Translations under genes and position numbers: made by a program | The notes under the pieces: model-generated | The model's input: the letters and a program-made list of their open reading frames with translations, nothing else | Database searches by the model: none | Told to the model about the DNA's origin: nothing | Assembly: GCF_964355755.1 (NCBI RefSeq) | Contig: NC_092675.1 | Coordinates: forward strand, 12,519,812-12,583,811 | Direction: 5' to 3' | DNA length: 64,000 nt | Origin: Antedon mediterranea | Taxonomy: Eukaryota > Animalia > Echinodermata | Shown: positions 53,301 through 64,000 of the stretch, in pieces | Position numbering within the stretch: the stretch's first letter is position 1 | How the letters are laid out: each line of letters opens with the position of its first letter

Positions 53301-56300
53301 AATAGCTTCAAATCGCATTTGGAGACGGTTTAGAACATTTTGTGATTTTGAAAAAACTTGTTAACATAAAAACACCAAAGTGCTTAGAATAGCTTCAAAT
53401 CGCATTTGGAGACGTTTTAGACCATTTTGTGATTTTCGAAAAAACTTGTTAACATAAAAACACCAAAGTGCTTAGAATAGCTTCAAATCGTATTTGGAGA
53501 CGTTTTAGACCATTTTGAGATTTTCGAAAAAACTTGGTTACACAAAAACATCAAAGTGCTTAAAATCACATTATAAACCGTTTTAGACCATTTTGAGCAT
53601 TTCGATAACACTTTTCACACAAAAACATCAAAGAGCACAAAATAGCTTAATATCGTATTTAAAAACGTTTTAGACCATTTTGAGCATTTCGACAAAACTT
53701 TTTCACACAAAACACCAAAGTGTTTAGAATAGCTTCAAATCGCATTTGGAGACGTTTTAGACCAATTTGTGCATTTCGATGAAACTTGATTACACAAAAA
53801 CATCAAAGTGCTTAAAATCACATTATAAACCATTTTAGACCATTTTGAGCATTTCGATAACACTTTTCACACAAAAACATCAAAGAGCACAAAATAGCTT
53901 AATATCGTATTTAAAAACGTTTTAGACCATTTTGAGCATTTAGACAAAACTTTTTCACACAAAACACCAAAGTGCTTAGAATAGCTTCAAATCGCATTTG
54001 GAGACGTTTTAGACCATTTTGTGCATTTCGATGAAACTTGGTTACACAAAAACATCAAAGTGCTTAAAATCACATTATAAATCGTTTTAGACCATTTTGA
54101 GCATTTCGACAAAACTTTTTCACACAAAATACCAAAGTGCTTAGAATAGCTTCAAATCGCATTTGGAGACGTTTTAGACCATTTTGTGATTTTCGAAAAA
54201 ACCTTTTAACATAAAAACACCAAAGTGCTTAGAATAGCTTCAAATCACATTTGGAGACGTTTTAGACCATTTTGTGATTTTCGAAAAAACTTGTTAACAT
54301 AAAAACACGAAAGTGCTTAGAATAGCTTCAAATCGCATTTGGAAACGTTTTAGACCATTTTGTGATTTTCGAAAAAAATTGTTAACATAAAAACACCAAA
54401 GTGCTTAGAATCACATTATAAACAGTTTTAGACCATTTTGAGCATTTCGATAACAATTTTCACACAAAAACATCAAAGAGCACAAAATAGCTTAATATCG
54501 TATTTAAAAATGTTTTAGACCATTTTGAGCATTTAGATAAAACTTTTTCACACAAAACACCAAAGTGCTTAGAATAGCTTCAAATCGCATTTGGAGACGT
54601 TTTAGACCATTTTGTGATTTTTGAAAAAACTTGTTAACATAAAAACACCAAAGTGCTTAGAATAGCTTCAAATCACATTTGGAGACGTTTTAGACCATTT
54701 TGTGATTTTCGAAAAAACTTGTTAACATAAAAACACGAAAGTGCTTAGAATAGCTTCAAATCGCATTTGGAAACGTTTTAGACCATTTTGATTTTGTGAT
54801 TTTCGAAAAAACTTGTTAACATAAAAACACGAAAGTGCTTAGAATAGCTTCAAATCGCATTTGGAAACGTTTTAGACTATTTTGTGATTTTCGAAAAAAA
54901 TTGTTAACATAAAAACACCAAAGTGTTTAGAATAGCTTCAAATCGCATTTGGAGACGTTTTAGACCAATTTGTGATTTTCGAAAAAACTTATCAACATAA
55001 AAACACCAAAGGGTTTAGAATAACTTCAAATCGCATTTGGAGACGTTTTAGACCATTTTGTGATTTTCGAAAAAACTTGTTAACATAAAAACACGAAAGT
55101 GCTTAGAATAGCTTCAAATCGCATTTGGAAACGTTTTAGACCATTTTGTGATTTTTGAAAAAACTTGTTAACATAAAAACACCAAAGTGCTTAGAATAGC
55201 TTCAAATCACATTTGGAGACGTTTTAGACCATTTTGTGATTTTCGAAAAAACTTGTTAACATAAAAACACGAAAGTGCTTAGAATAGCTTAAAATCGCAT
55301 TTGGAGACGTTTTAGACCATTTTGTGTTTTTCGAAAAAACTTGTTAACATAAAAACACCAAAGTGCTTAGAATAGCGTCAAATCGTATTTGGAGACGTTT
55401 TAGACCATTTTGTGATTTTCGAAAAAACTTGTTAACATAAAAACACCAAAGTGCTTAGAATAGCTTCAAATCGCATTTGGAGACGTTTTAGACCATTTTG
55501 TGCATTTCGATGAAACTTGGTTACACAAAAACATCAAAGTGCTTAAAATCACATTATAAATCGTTTTAGACCATTTTGAGCATTTGGATAAAACTTTTTC
55601 ACACAAAACACCAAAGTGCTTAGAATAGCTTTAAATCGCATTTGGAGACGTTTTAGACCATTTTGTGATTTTTGAAAAAACTTGTTAACATAAAAACACC
55701 AAAGTGCTTAGAATAGCTTCAAATCGCATTTGGAGACGTTTTAGACCATTTTGTGATTTTCGAAAAAACTTTTTAACATAAAAACATCAAAGTGTACAGA
55801 ATAGCTTCAAATCGCATTTGGAGACGTTTTAGACCAATTTGTGATTTTCGAAAAAACTTATTAACATAAAAATACCAAAGTGTTTAGAATAGCTTAAAAT
55901 CCATTTGGAGACGTTTTAGACCATTTTGTGATTTTCGAAAAAACTTTTTAACATAAAAACACCAAAGTGCTTAGAATAGCTTCAAATCGCATTTGGAGAC
56001 GTTTTAGACCATTTTGTGATTTTTGAAAAAACTTGTTAACATAAAAACACCAAAGTGCTTAGAATAGCTTCAAATCGTATTTGGAGACGTTTTAGACCAT
56101 TTTGTGATTTTCGAAAAAACTTGTTAACATAAAAACACCAAAGTGCTTAGAATTGCTTCAAATCGCATTTGGAGACGTTTTAGACCATTTTGTGCATTTC
56201 GATGAAACTTGGTTACACAAAAACATCAAAGTGCTTAAAATCACATTATAAACCATTTTAGACCATTTTGAGCATTTCGATAACACTTTTCACACAAAAA

Positions 56301-59300
56301 CATCAAAGAGCACAAAATAGCTTAATATCGTATTTAAAAACGTTTTAGACCATTTTGAGCATTTCGACAAAACTTTTTCACACAAAACACCAAAGTGCTT
56401 AGAATAGCTTCAAATCGCATTTGGAGACGTTTTAGACCATTTTGTGATTTTCGAAAAAACTTGTTAACATAAAAACATCAAAGTGTACAGAATAACTTCA
56501 AATCGCATTTGGAGACCGTTTTAGGCCAATTTGTGATTTTCGAAAAACTTGTTAACCTAAAAATACCAAAGTGTTTAGAATAGCTTCAAGTCGCATTTGG
56601 AGACGTTTTAGACCATTTTGTGATTTTCGAAAAAACTTGTTAACATAAAAACACCAAAGTGCTTAGAATAGCTTCAAATCGCATTTGGAGACATTTTAGA
56701 CCAATTTGTGATTTTTGAAAAAACTTGTTAACATAAAAACACCAAAGTGCTTACAATAGCTTCAAATCGTATTTGGAGACGTTTTAGACCATTTTGTGAT
56801 TTTCGAAAAAACTTGTTAACATAAAAACACCAAAGTACTTAGAATAGCTTCAAATCGCATTTGGAGACGTTGTAGACCATTTTGTGCATTTCGATGAAAC
56901 TTGGTTACACAAAAACATCAAAGTGCTTAAAATCACATTATAAACCGTTTTAGACCATTTGAGCATTTCGATAACACTTTTCACACAAAAACATCAAAGA
57001 GCACAAAATAGCTTAATATCGTATTTAAACGTTTTAGACCATTTTGAGCATTTCGACAAAACTTTTTCACACAAAACACCAAAGTGCTTAGAATAGCTTC
57101 AAATCGCATTTGGAGACGTTTTAGACCAATTTGTGCATTTCAATGAAACTTGGTTACACAAAAACATCAAAGTGCTTAAAATCACATTATAAATCGTTTT
57201 AGACCATTTTGAGCATTTTGATAACACTTTTCACACAAAAACATCAAAGAGCACAAAATAGCTTAATATCGTATTTAAAAACGTTTTAGACCATTTTGAG
57301 CATTTCGACAAAACTTGTTAACATAAAAACACCAAAGTGCTTAGAATAGCGTCAAATCGTATTTGGAGACGTTTTAGACAATTTTGTGATTTTCGAAAAA
57401 ACTTGTTAACATAAAAACACCAAAGTGCTTAGAATAGCTTCAAATCGCATTTGGAGACGTTTTAGACCATTTTGTGATTTTCGAAAAAACTTGTTAACAT
57501 AAAAACACGAAAGTGCTTAGAATAGCTTCAAATCGCATTTGGAAACGTTTTAGACCATTTTGTGATTTTCGAAAAAAATTGTTAACATAAAAACACCAAA
57601 GTGCTTAGAATCACATTATAAACCGTTTAGACCATTTTGAGCATTTCGATAACAATTTTCACACAAAAACATCAAAGAGCACAAAATAGCTTAATATCGT
57701 ATTTAAAAATGTTTTAGACCATTTTGAGCATTTGGATAAAACTTTTTCACACAAAACACCAAAGTGCTTAGAATAGCTTCAAATCGCATTTGGAGACGTT
57801 TTAGACCATTTTGTGATTTTTGAAAAAAATTGTTAACATAAAAACACCAAAGTGCTTAGAATAGCATCAAATCACATTTGGAGATGTTTTAGACCATTTT
57901 GTGATTTTCGAAAAAACTTGTTAACATAAAAACACGAAAGTGCTTAGAATAGCTTCAAATCGCATTTGGAAACGTTTTAGACCATTTTATGATTTTCGAA
58001 AAAACTTGAATCACATTATAAACCGTTTTAGACCATTTTGAGCATTTCGATAACAATTTTCACACAAAAACATCAAAGAGCACAAAATAGCTTAATATCG
58101 TATTTAAAAATGTTTTAGACCATTTTGAGCATTTAGATAAAACTTTTTCACACAAAACACCAAAGTTCTTAGAATAGCTTCAAATCGCATTTGGAGACGT
58201 TTTAGACCATTTTGTGATTTTTGAAAAAACTTGTTAACATAAAAACACCAAAGTGCTTAGAATAGCTTCAAATCACATTTGGAGATGTTTTAGACCATTT
58301 TGTGATTTTTGAAAAAACTTGTTAACATAAAAACACGAAATGCTTAGAATAGCTTCAAATCACATTTGGAGACGTTTTAGACCATTTTGTGATTTTTGAA
58401 AAAACTTGTTAACATAAAAACACGAAAGTGCTTAGAATAGCTTCAAATCGCATTTGGAAACGTTTTAGACCATTTTGTGATTTTCGAAAAAGATTGTTAA
58501 CATAAAAACACGAATGTGCTTAGAATCACATTATAAACCGTTTTAGACCATTTTGAGCATTTCGATAACAATTTTCACACAAAAACATCAAAGAGCACAA
58601 AATAGCTTAATATCGTATTTAAAAATGTTTTAGACCATTTTGAGCATTTGGATAAAACTTTTTCACACAAAACACCAAAGTGCTTAGAATAGCTTCAAAT
58701 CGCATTTGGAGACGGTTTAGACCATTTTGTGATTTTGAAAAAACTTTATAACATAAAAACACCAAAGTGCTTAGAATAGCTTCAAATCGCATTTGGAGAC
58801 GTTTTAGACCATTTTGTGATTTTCGAAAAAACTTGTTAACATAAAAACACCAAAGTGCTTAGAATAGCTTCAAATCGTATTTGGAGACGTTTTAGACCAT
58901 TTTGAGATTTTCGAAAAAACTTGGTTACACAAAAACATCAAAGTGCTTAAAATCACATTATAAACCGTTTTAGACCATTTTGAGCATTTCGATAACACTT
59001 TTCACACAAAAACATCAAAGAGCACAAAATAGCTTAATATCGTATTTAAAAACGTTTTAGCCATTTTGAGCATTTCGACAAAACTTTTTCACACAAAACA
59101 CCAAAGTGCTTAGAATAGCTTGAAATCGCATTTGGAGACGTTTTAGAACATTTTGTGTTTTTCGAAAAAAACTGTTAACATAAAAACACTAAAGTGCTTA
59201 GAATAGCTTCAAATCGCATTTGGAGACGTTTTAGAACATTTTGTGTTTTTCGAAAAAACCTGTTAACATAAAAACACCAAAGTGCTTAGAATAGCTTCAA

Positions 59301-62300
59301 ATCGCATTTGGAGACGTTTTAGACCATTTTGTGATTTTTGAAAAAACTTGTTAACATAAAAACACCAAAGTGCTTAGAATAGCTTCAAATCACATTTGGA
59401 GACGTTTTAGACCATTTTGTGATTTTCGAAAAAACTTGTTTAAATAAAAACACGAAAGTGCTTAGAATAGCTTCAAATCACATTTGGAGACGTTTTAGAC
59501 CATTTTGTGATTTTTGAAAAAAATAGTTAACATAAAAACACGAAAGTGCTTAGAATAGCTTCAAATCGCATTTGGAAACGTTTTAGACCATTTTGTGATT
59601 TTCGAAAAAGATTGTTAACATAAAAACACCAAAGTGCTTAGAATCACATTATAAACCGTTTTAGACCATTTTGAGCATTTCGATAACAATTTTCACACAA
59701 AAACATCAAAGAGCACAAAATAGCTTAATATCGTATTTAAAAATGTTTTAGACCATTTTGAGCATTTAGATAAAACTTTTTCACACAAAACACCAAAGTG
59801 CTTAGAATAGATTCAAATAGCATTTGGAGACGGTTTAGACCATTTTGTGATTTTGAAAAAACTTGTTAACATAAAAACACCAAAGTGCTTAGAATAGCTT
59901 CAAATCGTATTTGGAGACGTTTTAGACCATTTTGTGATTTTCGAAAAAACTTGTTAACATAAAAACACCAAAGTGCTTAGAATAGCTTCAAATCGTATTT
60001 GGAGACGTTTTAGACCATTTTGAGATTTTCGAAAAAACTTGGTTACACAAAAACATCAAAGTGCTTAAAATCACATTATAAACCGTTTTAGACCATTTTG
60101 AGCATTTCGATAACACTTTTCACACAAAAACATCAAAGAGCACAAAATAGCTTAATATCGTATTTAAAAACGTTTTAGACCATTTTGAGCATTTCGACAA
60201 AACTTTTTCACACAAAACACCAAAGTGCTTAAAATAGCTTCAAATCGCATTTGGAGACGTTTTAGACCAATTTGTGCATTTCGATGAAACTTGATTACAC
60301 ACAAAAACATCAAAGTGCTTAAAATCACATTATAAACCGTTTTAGACCATTTTGAGCATTTCGATAACACTTTTCACACAAAAACATCAAAGAGCACAAA
60401 ATAGCTTAATATCGTATTTAAAAACGTTTTAGACCATTTTGAGCATTTAGACAAAACTTTTTCACACAAAACACAAAAGTGCTTAGAATAGCTTCAAATC
60501 GCATTTGGAGACGTTTTAGACCATTTTGTGATTTTCAAAAAAACTTGTTAACATAAAAACACCAAAGTGCTTAGAATAGCTTCAAATCGTATTTGGAGAC
60601 GTTTTAGACCATTTTGTGATTTTCGAAAAAACTTGTTAACATAAAAACACCAAAGTGCTTAGAATAGCTTCAAATCGCATTTGGAAACGTTTTAGACCAT
60701 TTTGTGATTTTCGAAAAAAATTGTTAACATAAAAACACCAAAGTGCTTAGAATCACATTATAAACCGTTTTAGACGATTTTGAGCATTTCGATAACAATT
60801 TTCACACAAAAACATCAAAGAGCACAAAATAGCTTAATATCGTATTTAAAAATGTTTTAGACCATTTTGAGCATTTAGATAAAACTTTTTCACACAAAAC
60901 ACCAAAGTGCTTAGAATAGCTTCAAATCACATTTGGAGACGTTTTAGACCATTTTGTGATTTTTGAAAAAACTTGTTAACATAAAAACACCAATGTGCTT
61001 AGAATAGCTTCAAATCACATTTGGAGACGTTTTAGACCATTTTGTGATTTTTGAAAAAACTTGTTAACATAAAAACACGAAAGTGCTTAGAATAGCTTCA
61101 AATCGCATTTGGAAACGTTTTAGACCATTTTGTGATTTTCGAAAAAAATTGTTAACATAAAAACACCAAAGTGCTTAGAATCACATTATAAACCGTTTTA
61201 GACCATTTTGAGCATTTCGATAACAATTTTCACACAAAAACATCAAAGAGCACAAAATAGCTTAATATCGTATTTAAAAATGTTTTAGACCATTTTGAGC
61301 ATTTAGATAAAACTTTTTCACACAAAACACCAAAGTGCTTAGAATAGCTTCAAATCGCATTTGGAGACGGTTTAGACCATTTTGTGTTTTTCGAAAAAAA
61401 CTTGTTAACATAAAAACACCAAAGTGCTTAGAATAGCTTCAAATCGCATTTGGAGACGTTTTAGACCATTTTGTGATTTTCGAAAAAACTTGTTAACATA
61501 AAAACACCAAAGTGCTTAGAATAGCTTCAAATCGTATTTGGAGACGTTTTAGACCATTTTGTGATTTTTGAAAAAACTTGTTAACATAAAAACACCAAAG
61601 TGCTTAGAATAGCTTCAAATCACATTTGGAGACGTTTTAGACCATTTTGTGATTTTCGAAAAAACTTGTTAACATAAAAACACGAAAGTGCTTAGAATAG
61701 CTTCAAATCACATTTGGAGACGTTTTAGACCATTTTGTGATTTTTGAAAAAACTTGTTAACATAAAAACACGAAAGTGCTTAGAATAGCTTCAAATCGCA
61801 TTTGGAAACGTTTTAGACGATTTTGTGATTTTCGAAAAAGATTGTTAACATAAAAACACCAAAGTGCTTAGAATCACATTATAAACCGTTTTAGACCATT
61901 TTGAGCATTTCGATAACAATTTTCACACAAAAACATCAAAGGGCACAAAATAGCTTAATATCGTATTTAAAAACGTTTTAGACCATTTTGAGCATTTAGA
62001 TAAAACTTTTTCACACAAAACACCAAAGTGCTTAGAATAGATTCAAATCGCATTTGGAGAGGGTTTAGACCATTTTGTGATTTTCGAAAAAGATTGTTAA
62101 CATAAAAACACCAAAGTGCTTAGAATCACATTATAAACCGTTTTAGACCATTTTGAGCATTTCGATAACAATTTACACAAAAACATCAAAGAGCACAAAA
62201 TAGCTTAATATCGTATTTAAAAATGTTTTAGACCATTTTGAGCATTTAGATAAAACTTTTTCACACAAAACACCAAAGTGCTTAGAATAGATTCAAATCG

Positions 62301-64000
62301 CATTTGGAGACGGTTTAGACCATTTTGTGATTTTGAAAAAACTTGTTAACATAAAAACACCAAAGTGCTTAGAATAGCTTCAAATCGCATTTGGAGACGT
62401 TTTAGACCATTTTGTGATTTTCGAAAAAACTTGTTAACATAAAAACACCAAAGTGCTTAGAATAGCTTCAAATCGTATTTGGAGACGTTTTAGACCATTT
62501 TGAGATTTTCGAAAAAACTTGGTTACACAAAAACATCAAAGTGCTTAAAATCACATTATAAACCGTTTTAGACCATTTTGAGCATTTCGATAACACTTTT
62601 CACACAAAAACATCAAAGAGCACAAAATAGCTTAATATCGTATTTAAAAACGTTTTAGACCATTTTGAGCATTTCGACAAAACTTTTTCACACAAAACAC
62701 CAAAGTGCTTAGAATAGCTTCAAATCGCATTTGGAGACGTTTTAGACCAATTTGTGCATTTCGATGAAACTTGATTACACACAAAAACATCAAAGTGCTT
62801 AAAATCACATTATAAACCGTTTTAGACCATTTTGAGCATTTCGATAACACTTTTCACACAAAAACATCAAAGAGCACAAAATAGCTTAATATCGTATTTA
62901 AAAACGTTTTAGACCATTTTGAGCATTTAGACAAAACTTTTTCACACAAAACACCAAAGTGCTTAGAATAGCTTCAAATCGCATTTGGAGACGTTTTAGA
63001 CCATTTTGTGCATTTCGATGAAACTTGGTTACACAAAAACATCAAAGTGCTTAAAATCACATTATAAATCGTTTTAGACCATTTTGAGCATTTCGACAAA
63101 ACTTTTTCACACAAAATACCAAAGTGCTTAGAATAGCTTCAAATCGCATTTGGAGACGTTTTAGACCATTTTGTGATTTTCGAAAAAACCTTTTAACATA
63201 AAAACACCAAAGTGCTTAGAATAGCTTCAAATCACATTTGGAGACGTTTTAGACCATTTTGTGATTTTCGAAAAAACTTGTTAACATAAAAACACGAAAG
63301 TGCTTAGAATAGCTTCAAATCGCATTTGGAAACGTTTTAGACCATTTTGTGATTTTCGAAAAAAATTGTTAACATAAAAACACCAAAGTGCTTAGAATCA
63401 CATTATAAACCGTTTTAGACCATTTTGAGCATTTCGATAACAATTTTCACACAAAAACATCAAAGAGCACAAAATAGCTTAATATCGTATTTAAAAATGT
63501 TTTAGACCATTTTGAGCATTTAGATAAAACTTTTTCACACAAAACACCAAAGTGCTTAGAATAGCTTCAAATCGCATTTGGAGACGTTTTAGACCATTTT
63601 GTGATTTTTGAAAAAACTTGTTAACATAAAAACACCAAAGTGCTTAGAATAGCTTCAAATCACATTTGGAGACGTTTTAGACCATTTTGTGATTTTCGAA
63701 AAAACTTGTTAACATAAAAACACGAAAGTGCTTAGAATAGCTTCAAATCACATTTGGAGACGTTTTAGACCATTTTGTGATTTTTGAAAAAACTTGTTAA
63801 CATAAAAACACGAAAGTGCTTAGAATAGCTTCAAATCGCATTTGGAAACGTTTTAGACGATTTTGTGATTTTCGAAAAAGATTGTTAACATAAAAACACC
63901 AAAGTGCTTAGAATCACATTATAAACCGTTTTAGACCATTTTGAGCATTTCGATAACAATTTTCACACAAAAACATCAAAGGGCACAAAATAGCTTAATA
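47310..64000 (+). repeat. Satellite DNA array, block 4
   Basis: Same monomers; enriched in CACGAAAG, GGAAACG and TCACATTTGG variants. Runs off the window end. Confidence 0.98.

Noticed and set aside
1-64000. CRISPR array suggested by the recurring GTTTTAGACCATTTTG motif (resembles type II repeat starts)
   Set aside because: Intervening sequences are themselves repeated, not unique spacers; there are no cas genes; the context is eukaryotic TEs.

Overview
Eukaryotic, AT-rich satellite DNA; probably a (peri)centromeric or heterochromatic array of an invertebrate (inference). About 53 kb is one head-to-tail satellite family with related 88/87/78-bp monomers arranged in irregular higher-order duplications. 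Three transposable elements interrupt it cleanly. (1) 8195-13436: a 5.2-kb internally deleted Chapaev-type (CMC, RAG1/Transib-related) DNA transposon with CAC...GTG ends, a 4-bp AATA TSD, decayed RAG1-N-like zinc-finger and catalytic C-terminal fragments, and a 4 x ~650-bp internal repeat. Its TIRs are bipartite, with spacers of 11 and 21 bp, reminiscent of 12/23 RSS asymmetry. (2) 18138-19094: a 957-bp non-coding element with a 9-bp TSD and TAG...CTA ends whose two termini share a hairpin/inverted-repeat architecture rather than sequence. (3) 42831-47309: an intact CR1-group LINE (ORF1 plus APE-RT ORF2) whose (ATTTG)6 tail matches its satellite target. Uninterrupted paralogous 'empty sites' for elements 1 and 3 lie in the same window. 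No host genes, RNA genes or CRISPR arrays are supported.
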